Below, one piece after another: positions 27,362 through 36,497 of a stretch of 46,621 nt of DNA (within the stretch, counting starts at the first letter, position 1; every line of letters begins with the position of its first letter). Under the pieces are notes generated by a model. The model made no database searches and was not told the DNA's origin. It was given only the letters and a program-made list of their open reading frames with translations. Source of the stretch: an uncultured Rickettsiales bacterium. GTDB taxonomy: Bacteria; Pseudomonadota; Alphaproteobacteria; Rickettsiales; SXRF01. The stretch lies in contig CAZFJN010000009.1 in assembly GCA_964519595.1 (NCBI GenBank), positions 1-46,621 of the forward strand, in the 5' to 3' direction. The translations under genes and the position numbers were made by a program.

Positions 27362-28717
27362 TTATCTTTCTATGCTCCAATTATAATCCTCGACATACGC
27401 ACCATAATAACTAGGAAGGATATGCCCTGTTCCATAATAGTCACCTTCGGTAACGAGCAATTGTAACGCCCCTGGAAACTTGTCTGCTATTTGTCTATTA
27501 AGGTGCAGGCCAATCTGCATGGCATAAATTCCTGGATATAATCGTATTTTATCTACAGTACAAACCAACGCTCCTTCGCGCGGAAGATCGGTTAAATCAG
27601 CGTTGATCGCATAGCTTGGTAACGAGAAAACAATCTCGCGCTTGTCATTTACGAATGAAATACTGATCATTGCATGAACAATTTTTTCAGAAAAATTTTC
27701 ATCGAATACATAAGGAATTTTAATATGAATGCGCTGTCCTGTGCTGACGCGATCAATTGGAACACCTTGCTCATTTAGTATTACAACACAACCAATTTTT
27801 GCATTACCATTCCCCTTCCGAGTGCTTGGATCTTGAATAAGAATAGCTTCGCCGGTGATATTATCAACCTCCACCTCATCTCCTACAGCCTCAGATGGAT
27901 TTTCTGCCAGATAGCGTTGTAGTACAGCCTCACAAGAACCATCGGCAATAAGCCTGCCTTCCTTCAGTAAAATTGCACGGTCACACAATGCCGTCACTCG
28001 CGCAGGGCTATGTGACACAAATAGCAGTGTCATCCCCTCGTCACACAGGCTTAACATAGCATCCATGCATTTTTGTCTGAAAGGCGCATCGCCGACAGCA
28101 AGAACTTCGTCAACCACCAGCACATCCGGTGCGAGGTTAAGGGCTACTGCCATTCCTAGCCTTGCGCGCATACCTTTGGAATAGCGTTTAAGCGGCGTGT
28201 CCATAAAATCAGCGATTTCGGCGAATTGTACGATTGCGTCGTAATGCTTGCGTATTTCGGCTGGGCTGACGCCGAGAATACCGCCATATAAAAATACATT
28301 TTCTTTGCCGCTTAGCTCAGGATTAAACCCTGCGCCAACGCCCATTAACGGCACAATGCGAACATTGGTCGAAACCTTGCCTTCGGTTGGCACCATGATG
28401 CCAACCAGAATTTTAAGCAGCGTACTTTTTCCGGCACCATTACGACCAATAATCGCTACGCGATCACCACGACGCAGCTCAAAATTAATATCACGTAGCG
28501 CCCATAAATAACGCTTGCCGTTTTTATCCTCAAAACGCGGCTGATTACTGGATGAGCTTTTTCGGCGCATCCATTCCAGCGGATTACACACCATCTGTTT
28601 TATCGAGCGCAGCGTAGAAGCAAGACTCACAAACTGACCAAGCTGGAAACGCTTGCTGACATGTTCGGCGCGGATAATAACGAATGGATCTACGGTTTTT
28701 ATGTTCATAGAGGTCAT
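27362..28717 (-). CDS. wzt: Polysaccharide ABC exporter ATP-binding protein Wzt with extended C-terminal (glycan-binding type) domain
   Basis: Walker A 'GRNGAGKST', signature 'YSKGMRARL' and Walker B 'VLVVDE'. At 451 aa it has about 180 residues beyond the NBD. Confidence 0.9.
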   Translation of the reverse strand: MTSMNIKTVDPFVIIRAEHVSKRFQLGQFVSLASTLRSIKQMVCNPLEWMRRKSSSSNQPRFEDKNGKRYLWALRDINFELRRGDRVAIIGRNGAGKSTLLKILVGIMVPTEGKVSTNVRIVPLMGVGAGFNPELSGKENVFLYGGILGVSPAEIRKHYDAIVQFAEIADFMDTPLKRYSKGMRARLGMAVALNLAPDVLVVDEVLAVGDAPFRQKCMDAMLSLCDEGMTLLFVSHSPARVTALCDRAILLKEGRLIADGSCEAVLQRYLAENPSEAVGDEVEVDNITGEAILIQDPSTRKGNGNAKIGCVVILNEQGVPIDRVSTGQRIHIKIPYVFDENFSEKIVHAMISISFVNDKREIVFSLPSYAINADLTDLPREGALVCTVDKIRLYPGIYAMQIGLHLNRQIADKFPGALQLLVTEGDYYGTGHILPSYYGAYVEDYNWSIER

Positions 28718-28723
28718 AGACTA

Positions 28724-29548
28724 TTACACCACATCTGCAAACGAACGCTCGAGAGCGTTAAAAAATATAAGTCCGCCAATCAGCATCACACATGTTACAC
28801 CAGCGGCATAGGCAGAATAAATTGGATCAGGCGCAGGAACTCCAAGAATACACCAGCGAAATCCTTCAACGATTGCTGCCATCGGATTAATCTTGATAAT
28901 CCAAGCGAATGACTCAGGAATATTTTGAGCGCCATAGCCAACCGGCGTAAGCAACATCAACAGCTGCATTAAATATGTCGTCATAAACTTCACATCATGC
29001 AGCCACACTGCCGCTGCCGCCAACCAAATCCCTAAAGACAGCCCAACCAGCAGCACCGCAAGAATCATCAGCGGCAACCATACTATATTTTCTGACACCC
29101 CTACCCCAAAAATCAGCATCAATACAGCTAAAATACAAGCTGCGATAACAAAGTCAAACAATGCTACCATTACTGAACTTAAAGGAAATAACAGGCGTGG
29201 ACAGTAGATTTTCTGCACCACACTCTTATTAGTGGTTATGCTTGTCGCGCAGCCAACAACCACATTGGCAAACAAATCCCAGCCAATTAGCGCGGCAAAT
29301 ACATATACCGGATAAGCTATCCCCTCACCTGACAATTGCGCCATTGTGCCAAACAGGAAGGTGAACACTACCATCATCATTAATGGCCTGATAACTGCCC
29401 ATGCGCCGCCCAATGCTGATTGCTTGTAGCGCACTTTAATCTCACGCACCATCAGCATCACAGCCAAATGACGCCTGACCCACAATTCCTTTGGATCAAT
29501 TGATCTCCAGGCAGATGTTGTTGTATTAGCGCTCAGAAAAACCTCCAT
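28724..29548 (-). CDS. wzm: Polysaccharide ABC exporter permease Wzm (ABC-2 type)
   Basis: 274 aa with six hydrophobic segments and 'REIKVRYKQSALGGAWAVIRPL', typical of ABC-2 permeases. It is paired with wzt. Confidence 0.85.
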   Translation of the reverse strand: MEVFLSANTTTSAWRSIDPKELWVRRHLAVMLMVREIKVRYKQSALGGAWAVIRPLMMMVVFTFLFGTMAQLSGEGIAYPVYVFAALIGWDLFANVVVGCATSITTNKSVVQKIYCPRLLFPLSSVMVALFDFVIAACILAVLMLIFGVGVSENIVWLPLMILAVLLVGLSLGIWLAAAAVWLHDVKFMTTYLMQLLMLLTPVGYGAQNIPESFAWIIKINPMAAIVEGFRWCILGVPAPDPIYSAYAAGVTCVMLIGGLIFFNALERSFADVV

Positions 29549-29569
29549 TTAATACAAACTCATACTGTT

Positions 29570-29714
29570 TCACAATCTATTGCGTAGCAATAGATTGTGA
29601 ATCTCGCCCGCTTCCGCCTTCGCTTCGCTACAGCGAAACAAGACGCGGCGGGAAACCGGTGCTTTCGGCACACGATTCCATACCAATTCTACTTCATAGA
29701 AGTAGAATTGGTAT
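29570..29714. repeat. Compound element: 14-bp-stem hairpin (29570-29600), GC-rich core, 16-bp-stem hairpin (29680-29714)
   Basis: Perfect stems tcacaatctattgc/gcaatagattgtga and ataccaattctacttc/gaagtagaattggtat, verified by hand. The core is visibly GC-richer than the AT-rich surroundings. Confidence 0.85.
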
Positions 29715-29758
29715 CATAATCTGCCGATTATGAATTGCTATGACATATGGCCTTGCTT

Positions 29759-29800
29759 AGAGCCTGTTTACGAGCTTTGAAAAGATTGTAAAGAGGCTCT
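29759..29800. repeat. Short relative of the 21601-21762 palindrome (termini agagcct...aggctct followed by tataaacta)
   Basis: The same terminal heptamers and the same right-flank motif (tataaacta) occur at 21756-21780. Confidence 0.5.
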
Positions 29801-29968
29801 TATAAACTATCAAGATGGGAAACAGTAAATAACCTAATATTGTCTGATAAACAATGCAGAATTTTTTGATTAGAATATAGGCAATAAAATTCATATTGAC
29901 TGCCAATTTCTTAAACTGTATTGATTTGGTTAAATAATTATTAACCATTAGCAAAGCGAAGTGAAGAT

Positions 29969-30868
29969 ATGGCAACTATCGACGAAAGATATGTAGATTT
30001 AGCTTTTAATGCAGCGAAGGATTATATTCAAGAGAATCAACTCAATGGCCGGTTGAATGGTAAGAATTCTCAAGAAACTGATGATATAAAACTTTTTCAT
30101 AGTAGAATTAATAATGACGAAACTTATCTACGCGGAATAGTTGCGGAAACTATTGATAAATTGTTACAAACAAGTGGCATCAGAATTAGAATTGTAAAAA
30201 ATTCTACAACTGCAGCCAAGTCTGATAGAAAAAGGAATGTCACTTATCTTGCTGGTGGGCTTGGTTCTAAGGATATATTGAGATATTTAATGCAAGTTTC
30301 TGAAGAAATACCAGAAATAGAGGAATTGAAAAATCTTGACCAAAATTCTGCATTGCTTGATTTTAAACAATTTAAGACAGAATTTAACAAACATAGTGCT
30401 ATTCCTCTTGAGCCGTATGGAAAAATTCGTCCGCTTATGCACGGAATCAACATGGCCTTGCGGCAAATTGCTGAAGAAAATAATGTAGATACAATTCAAG
30501 ATCGTAATTTGATTGCTGTTGAAAAAGAAGAATACGATACAATTAAACGTGATCTCGCAAGAGAGCAAAAAACTGGTGAATTGAATATATTCGCCATCGC
30601 ATTAACGCCAGAACAAGCAATAAAGACTGCGGTGACTTATAATTATAGTCCTGAAGAAGCAGAAAATACCGTGCGGAAATTTTATGAAACATATCGAGAT
30701 TTTTTGAAAGAAAATGCTAAGAATCTTACATTATTCGATGTGAATGGAAATGTGATCTTTAAAAAACGCGATGAAGAAGTTACAATTGATGCAGATGCAC
30801 TAGGTAAATGGCAAAGAAGTTTTGAACCGCATGAAGTTTCTAAAGGGCGTGGCGCTGCTTCTCGCTGA
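29969..30868 (+). CDS. Hypothetical protein (orphan, charged, predicted helical, no TM or signal peptide)
   Basis: 299-aa ORF with no motif I recognise. It is visibly more AT-rich than its neighbours. An ATG start is preceded by 'gaagtgaagat'. Confidence 0.5.
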   Translation: MATIDERYVDLAFNAAKDYIQENQLNGRLNGKNSQETDDIKLFHSRINNDETYLRGIVAETIDKLLQTSGIRIRIVKNSTTAAKSDRKRNVTYLAGGLGSKDILRYLMQVSEEIPEIEELKNLDQNSALLDFKQFKTEFNKHSAIPLEPYGKIRPLMHGINMALRQIAEENNVDTIQDRNLIAVEKEEYDTIKRDLAREQKTGELNIFAIALTPEQAIKTAVTYNYSPEEAENTVRKFYETYRDFLKENAKNLTLFDVNGNVIFKKRDEEVTIDADALGKWQRSFEPHEVSKGRGAASR

Positions 30869-30889
30869 TAAACCGCCGCATGTTAAATC

Positions 30890-30941
30890 TGGTTTATTGC
30901 ATGGTTTTTGTAACATGGTTTTGTAGCGTGGTTTTTGCGAC
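30890..30941. repeat. Four tandem roughly 13-bp units (tggtttattgca / tggtttttgtaaca / tggttttgtagcg / tggtttttgcgac)
   Basis: Read directly downstream of the orphan ORF. Confidence 0.75.
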
Positions 30942-30972
30942 GAACTTCTCCTTTTTCTCGCAAACATATTTC

Positions 30973-31001
30973 TTGACGAGGTCATGATAAAACCATATAG
31001 A
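30973..31001 (+). promoter_or_regulatory. Sigma70-like promoter candidate: -35 TTGACG, 17-nt spacer, -10 TATAGA
   Basis: Spacing counted by hand. It lies about 50 nt upstream of the synthase ATG at 31052. Confidence 0.35.
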
Positions 31002-31051
31002 TCTTAACCGATTGAAGTATCTGCAACAAGCTTCTGAATAAGGTTAAAAAC

Positions 31052-32146
31052 ATGAATCGTGAACTGGTTATTGACGGTGTAAAGATAAATGACGCAAGTG
31101 ATTGCTATGTTATCGCGGAAATAGGGCAGAACCATCAGGGTGATGTTGAAATCTGCAAAAAATTGTTTGATTCAGCCAAGGCCTGCGGCGCGAATGCGGT
31201 AAAAATCCAGAAGCGCAATAATTTCAAGCTCTACACAAAAGAAATGTTTGATAGTCCTTACAACAGCGAGAATGCCTTTGCAAATAGCTACGGCACACAC
31301 CGCGAGGCGCTTGAATTTAACAAAGAGCAATATCAGGAACTTATCGCCTATGCGAAAAAAATTGGCATAATGTTTTTTGCCACCGCCTGGGATTTCGACA
31401 GCGCCGATTTTCTGGAAGCTCTTGATATGCCGGCTTATAAAATAGCCTCAGCTGATATTATTAATACGCCTTTGCTTAAATATGTAGCAAGCTTCGGCAA
31501 GCCAATTATTATCAGCACCGGCGGCGCGACAATGGAAGATGTGCGGCGCGCTTATAACGCGATTTATCCGATAAACAAACAATTGTCGATTCTGCAATGC
31601 ACGGCTGGTTATCCGCCGGCCTGGGAAGAGTTAAATATCTCTGTTATTAGCACTCTGCGCGAAGAATTTCCGGAAATAGTTATTGGTTTTTCCTCGCATG
31701 ATAACGGCATTGCAATGGCGGTTGCGAGCTATGTTCTCGGTGCGCGCGTTATTGAAAAACATTTTACGCTCAATCGCGCGATGAAAGGAACTGATCACGC
31801 TTTTTCACTGGAACATTCCGGCCTGGAAAAAATGATTCGCGATTTGAAACGTTGCCATATCGCTATGGGCGATGGTGTAAAAAAGCGTTATCCAAGTGAA
31901 GAAAAACCGCTCTTTAAAATGGGAAAAAAGCTGGTTATTGCACATGATTTGCCAGCCGGTCATATTCTTACTGAAAAGGATATCGCCTTTAAATCACCAA
32001 ATGACGGCCTGCCTCCTTATGAAATAGAAAAATTTATCGGCAAGCGCATAAAAACTGCTCTGCGGGAAGATCATACTATCAGCCTCTCTGATGTTGAATC
32101 GTCGGCGGCAGGCAAAATAGCAGAAAAATCCAGCGAAGCGGCATAA
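31052..32146 (+). CDS. Ulosonic-acid synthase of the NeuB/NANS family (PEP-condensing) with C-terminal SAF/antifreeze-like domain
   Basis: Motifs 'YVIAEIGQNHQGD', 'AVKIQKRN', 'YKIASAD', 'ILQCTAGYP', 'GFSSHDNG' and 'KGTDHAFSLE'. By eye these resemble animal-type N-acylneuraminate-9-phosphate synthase. Confidence 0.85.
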   Translation: MNRELVIDGVKINDASDCYVIAEIGQNHQGDVEICKKLFDSAKACGANAVKIQKRNNFKLYTKEMFDSPYNSENAFANSYGTHREALEFNKEQYQELIAYAKKIGIMFFATAWDFDSADFLEALDMPAYKIASADIINTPLLKYVASFGKPIIISTGGATMEDVRRAYNAIYPINKQLSILQCTAGYPPAWEELNISVISTLREEFPEIVIGFSSHDNGIAMAVASYVLGARVIEKHFTLNRAMKGTDHAFSLEHSGLEKMIRDLKRCHIAMGDGVKKRYPSEEKPLFKMGKKLVIAHDLPAGHILTEKDIAFKSPNDGLPPYEIEKFIGKRIKTALREDHTISLSDVESSAAGKIAEKSSEAA

Positions 32147-32155
32147 GGAATTTCC

Positions 32156-32944
32156 ATGCTGTTTGATTTAAGTGGTCGCGTGGTGGTTATAACTGGCGCA
32201 CTTGGTCAGCTTGGCCGCGAATATACGAGCGCGATTATAAATGCCGGAGGAAGAGTGGTCGCTATTGATGTTGCGCTTCCTGATGTTGCCGGATTTGCCG
32301 ATGATAAAGTTCTCTACATCAAATGCGATATCACCAAACGCCAAGACCTTGAGCAGGCGCTTGAGCGAATTTCTGCACATTGGGAAACGCCATTTGGCTT
32401 GATAAACAACGCCGCCATTGATTCTCCGCCTGATGCGCCGGCCTCAGAAAATGGCGCTTTTGAAAATTATCCTGAAAGCTCCTGGGATAAAATAATGGAA
32501 GTTAATGTAAAAGGCACCATGCTTTGCTGTCAGGTTTTTGGCGGCGCAATGGCAACAGCCGGGCGTGGCAGCATAATAAATATAAGCTCAATTTATGGTA
32601 TTGTTTCTCCTGATCAATCTATTTACCAATATCGCAGAGATCGCGGCGAGACTTTTTTCAAGCCAATTGCATATAGTGTTTCTAAATCTGCATTATTTAA
32701 CTTAACTCGCTATCTGGCTTCTTACTGGGCGAAATCTGGCGTGCGCGTTAATACGCTTACAATTGCCGGAGTTTTCCGCAATCAGGAGCAGAGTTTTCTG
32801 AACGCTTATAACTCACGAATTCCTGTTGGCCGCATGGCAAAAGCAAATGAATATAACGGCACAATAATTTATATGTTATCAGCAGCATCAGAATATATGA
32901 CTGGCGCAACAATCACCGTTGATGGAGGCTGGACTTGCATATAA
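32156..32944 (+). CDS. Short-chain dehydrogenase/reductase
   Basis: Motifs 'VVVITGALGQLG', 'NNAA' and catalytic 'YSVSKSA'. Confidence 0.85.
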   Translation: MLFDLSGRVVVITGALGQLGREYTSAIINAGGRVVAIDVALPDVAGFADDKVLYIKCDITKRQDLEQALERISAHWETPFGLINNAAIDSPPDAPASENGAFENYPESSWDKIMEVNVKGTMLCCQVFGGAMATAGRGSIINISSIYGIVSPDQSIYQYRRDRGETFFKPIAYSVSKSALFNLTRYLASYWAKSGVRVNTLTIAGVFRNQEQSFLNAYNSRIPVGRMAKANEYNGTIIYMLSAASEYMTGATITVDGGWTCI

Positions 32945-34434
32945 ACAATCAAAAAACATCTGCTATTATTGCAAATATTCCGGACATCATTCCAAATATT
33001 ATTGATGGTAACGATTGTCTGGCGATAAGCGGCAATACTATTGATAAATTCTCGCCGCATGATGGAAATCTGCTGTATAAAATCACCAGCTCAAATCATG
33101 ATGATGTTGGCCGGGCAATTACAGTTGCAAAAAATGCTCAGACCGGCTGGGCAGATACTCCGCCGGTTCAGCGCGGCTTTATTTTGCATCAAATTTGCAA
33201 CCATCTTGAGAAGAATGCTGATAAAATCGCAGAAATAGTAGCGAAAGAAACCGGCAAATCACTTAAAGACGCAAAAGGAGAAACATCCGGCGCGATTGCG
33301 CTTGGCCGTTTTTATGCCGGAGAAGGCCAGCGCCTGTACGGACGTACCACTACATCAGGAACTGCAAATAAATACGCAATGACCATCCGCCAACCGTGCG
33401 GAATTGCCGGCTTAATCGTTGCCGCTAATACGCCAATAGCAAATGTCGCCTGGAAAACATTTCCGGCGCTTATTTGCGGTAATGCGGCGATTTTAAAAGC
33501 TCCTGAAGATACGCCGGCAACGGCATGGATTTTTACAAAATTGCTGCATGAGGCAGGTTTGTCGTCCGGATTACTGAATCTGATACAAGGATCAGGTTTA
33601 GAAGCCGGAGCGCCAATTGTTGAATCAGCTGATATTGATGTAATCAGTTTTACCGGCTCAACCAAGGTTGGCAAATGGATTGCTGAAATTGCCGGAAAAC
33701 GCCTCGCTAAAATATCCCTGGAACTAGGCGGAAAAAATCCACTCATTGTCTGCGAAGATGCCGACATCACTCGCGCGGTGAACTGGATATGCCTTTCTGC
33801 ATTTAGTAACGCTGGTCAACGCTGTGCAGCAGGCAGCCGCATAATTATTGTAGAAACTGTTTATCAGAAACTGGTAGAGGCCTTGCTTGCTAAAGTCGCC
33901 ACGCTTAAAGTTGGCAATAGCGATGACGATGATTTTGGCCCGGTTGTTAACGAGCGGCAGCTTAATAATATTTTAGAGGCTATACAGAGGGCTAAATCGC
34001 GCGGCGCTAATATTTTGTGTGGCGGCAACCGCTTGAGGGGAAAAAAACACGAAGGCGGCTATTATATAGCGCCAACGATAATGGACAACGTATCGCCAGA
34101 TGATGAAATATCAACTCTTGAATTATTTGGTCCGGTTACCACACTTTACAAAGCGCGTAATTACGCCGAGGCACTGGCGCTCGCTAACCATTCGCCTTAT
34201 GGACTTACTGCCTGCATTCATACCAGCAACTTTGATCGTGCGACGCATTTTACTCAGGCAATAAAATCCGGAGTTGCCGTTGTTAATGGCGGAACATTTG
34301 GCAGCGAACCACATATGCCTTTTGGTGGCTTAGGCTTCTCCGGCAACGGCAGTCGTGAACCAGGTACTGAAGCGCTTAATATTTACAGTGAATTAAAAAC
34401 AATATATTTGAATGTTGATCCGACTAAATACTGA
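32935..34434 (+). CDS. NAD(P)-dependent aldehyde dehydrogenase
   Basis: Motifs 'ELGGKNP', the catalytic Cys region 'FSNAGQRCAAGSR' and 'PFGGLGFSGNG'. It starts at a TTG overlapping the SDR gene by 10 nt; no in-frame ATG occurs before the conserved core. Confidence 0.88.
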   Translation: MHINNQKTSAIIANIPDIIPNIIDGNDCLAISGNTIDKFSPHDGNLLYKITSSNHDDVGRAITVAKNAQTGWADTPPVQRGFILHQICNHLEKNADKIAEIVAKETGKSLKDAKGETSGAIALGRFYAGEGQRLYGRTTTSGTANKYAMTIRQPCGIAGLIVAANTPIANVAWKTFPALICGNAAILKAPEDTPATAWIFTKLLHEAGLSSGLLNLIQGSGLEAGAPIVESADIDVISFTGSTKVGKWIAEIAGKRLAKISLELGGKNPLIVCEDADITRAVNWICLSAFSNAGQRCAAGSRIIIVETVYQKLVEALLAKVATLKVGNSDDDDFGPVVNERQLNNILEAIQRAKSRGANILCGGNRLRGKKHEGGYYIAPTIMDNVSPDDEISTLELFGPVTTLYKARNYAEALALANHSPYGLTACIHTSNFDRATHFTQAIKSGVAVVNGGTFGSEPHMPFGGLGFSGNGSREPGTEALNIYSELKTIYLNVDPTKY

Positions 34435-34450
34435 TCCAGATAGATATTAT

Positions 34451-34520
34451 ACTGTTAAATTCATGCTGCTAAATTCATACTGTTAAATTCATACTGTTAA
34501 ATTTATATTGCTAAATGTTA
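34451..34520. repeat. Five tandem 14-bp units (actgttaaattcat and variants)
   Basis: Counted directly in the ALDH-transketolase spacer. The array ends 10 nt before the transketolase ATG. Confidence 0.9.
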
Positions 34521-34530
34521 GGAAGAAATC

Positions 34531-36486
34531 ATGGGCGATCTGATTGGCGAGGCAGTCGAAGGAAAACTGCATTATATAAGTGCAAACGAGTTTGATCGCC
34601 TACGCGCAATTAATGCTCCGGCAAGCGCAAAAGCAGCGCTCTTTGCCGATATGTGCCGCCTGAATGCGCTGTATATGATTGCTCGCGCCGGTTCTGGCCA
34701 TATCGGCAGCAGCTTTTCCAGCATGGATATAATGAGCTGGCTGATGCTTGAAACATTACAGCTGGACGAATCTCCGGCACATCCGGACAACGATATTTTC
34801 TTTTCTTCCAAAGGTCATGACGCTCCTGCTTATTACAGCGTCCTCATTGCCACTGGTAAATTACCTTTTGAATATATCCACCAGCTACGCAGATTGAATG
34901 GTTTGCCAGGCCATCCTGACATTAATACACCGTGGATTCATACTAACACTGGCTCGCTCGGCATGGGAATTTCCAAAGCAAAAGGAATGCTCACGGCAAA
35001 AAAAATTGCCAACGCAAAAGGCCGCGTGTTCGTTCTTACCGGCGATGGAGAACTTCAGGAAGGACAATATTGGGAATCGCTTATTTCTGCAGCCAACCAT
35101 AATTTAGATAAGCTCATAGTTATTGTTGATCATAACAAGCTTCAGTCTGATACGTTTGTGAAAAATGTCAGCGATCTGGGAGATTTAGACGCAAAATTCA
35201 GCGCATTCGGCTGGCATGTACAACGCATTGACGGTCATAATTTCACGGCAATTGAACAGGCGCTTGTCCAATGCGCTAAAACCAGCGGCAAACCACACAT
35301 TATAATTGCTGATACGATTAAAGGTTGCGGCGTATCGTTCATGGAACATACATCGCTTGATTCCGATAATGACATGTACCGTTTTCATAGCGGCGCGCCG
35401 GATAAAACATCCTACGCCAGCGCTCTGAAAGAGCTGATTGAGCGCATCAATCGACAATTTACCGCACTTAAGCAAGCACCGCTCTCGCTGGAATCCGAAG
35501 AAAGACCAGCAGCGCCTGCTTCTTCCGATATATTGCAAAAACTTATTCCGGCCTATAGCAATGCCTTACTTGCTGAAGCCAGAAAACATAAAAATCTGGT
35601 CGCACTTGATGCCGATCTGGTACTCGATACCGGACTTATTCCATTTCGCAATCAATATCCTGATCGCTTCATCGAATGCGGTATCGCCGAACAGGACATG
35701 GTTTCACAAGCCGGCGGCATGGCGCTGAAAGGCCTGTTGCCGATTGTGCATTCATTCGCCTGCTTCTTGTCGACACGACCAAATGAACAGATTTATAACA
35801 ATGCAACTGAAAAATTGCATGTTGTCTATGTAGCGTCACTGGCCGGAGTTATTCCCGGAGGGCCTGGTCATTCACATCAGGCGGTGCGCGATATTGCCGC
35901 GCTGAAAGGCACGCCCGGCATGGTGATGATCGAGCCGTCATGCGAAGCAGAAGTATCTATGGCGCTTGATTACTGCCTTAATCAGCATAAACGCAGCGCC
36001 TATATCAGGCTGTGTTCAGTGCCATGGCCGGTATCTTTTTCGTTGCCTGAAGGTTATAAGCTGAAATATGGTGAAGGCATTGCGCTCACCGAGGGCAGTG
36101 ATGTTGCTATTTTTGCTTATGGACCAATTATGCTAAATAATGCGGTACTCGCTGCAAACAACCTGAAAAAATCCGGAATCAGCGCCAAAGTTATCAACCT
36201 GCCCTGGCTGAACATAATTGATGTTTCGTGGCTTACCGGAGAGCTGAAAAACATCAGAAGCATCGTCACGATTGATAATCACTATCTATCTGGCGGTCAG
36301 AATGAAACTATCCTTACTGCAGCAGCCGAAGCCGGCTTGCTTGCCGGAAAGAAAGTAATTCGCTTTGGACTAAGCGATGTTCCTGTATGTGGAAGCCCGG
36401 CGGAGGTGCTTTCTCATCACCATCTTGATACTGCAAGCATCTGTAACGCAGTGCAGAAATTGTTTGCTGAATCTTGTGCAGCCTAA
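34531..36486 (+). CDS. Transketolase-family ThDP enzyme; single-chain fusion of the N- and C-terminal halves of split-type transketolases
   Basis: N-terminal half: 'AGSGHIGSSFS', 'SSKGHDAPAYY', 'LPGHPD' and 'VLTGDGELQEGQYWE'. C-terminal half: 'FIECGIAEQDMVSQAGG' and 'GPGHSHQAVRD'. Confidence 0.85.
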   Translation: MGDLIGEAVEGKLHYISANEFDRLRAINAPASAKAALFADMCRLNALYMIARAGSGHIGSSFSSMDIMSWLMLETLQLDESPAHPDNDIFFSSKGHDAPAYYSVLIATGKLPFEYIHQLRRLNGLPGHPDINTPWIHTNTGSLGMGISKAKGMLTAKKIANAKGRVFVLTGDGELQEGQYWESLISAANHNLDKLIVIVDHNKLQSDTFVKNVSDLGDLDAKFSAFGWHVQRIDGHNFTAIEQALVQCAKTSGKPHIIIADTIKGCGVSFMEHTSLDSDNDMYRFHSGAPDKTSYASALKELIERINRQFTALKQAPLSLESEERPAAPASSDILQKLIPAYSNALLAEARKHKNLVALDADLVLDTGLIPFRNQYPDRFIECGIAEQDMVSQAGGMALKGLLPIVHSFACFLSTRPNEQIYNNATEKLHVVYVASLAGVIPGGPGHSHQAVRDIAALKGTPGMVMIEPSCEAEVSMALDYCLNQHKRSAYIRLCSVPWPVSFSLPEGYKLKYGEGIALTEGSDVAIFAYGPIMLNNAVLAANNLKKSGISAKVINLPWLNIIDVSWLTGELKNIRSIVTIDNHYLSGGQNETILTAAAEAGLLAGKKVIRFGLSDVPVCGSPAEVLSHHHLDTASICNAVQKLFAESCAA

Positions 36487-36497
36487 CACTGAATATT

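Noticed and set aside
29757-29975. 72-aa ORF on the minus strand upstream of the orphan gene
   Set aside because: It is an AT-rich, hydrophobic low-complexity translation that spans the truncated palindrome. It has no RBS or recognisable motif, so it is probably non-coding.
34531-36486. Housekeeping pentose-phosphate transketolase (tktA)
   Set aside because: The motifs match the split/short transketolase type ('SGHIGSSFS', 'SKGHDAPAYY') rather than canonical TktA ('SGHPGAPMG'). The gene is also translationally packed inside a sugar-modification operon. I still cannot exclude a metabolic role without phylogeny.
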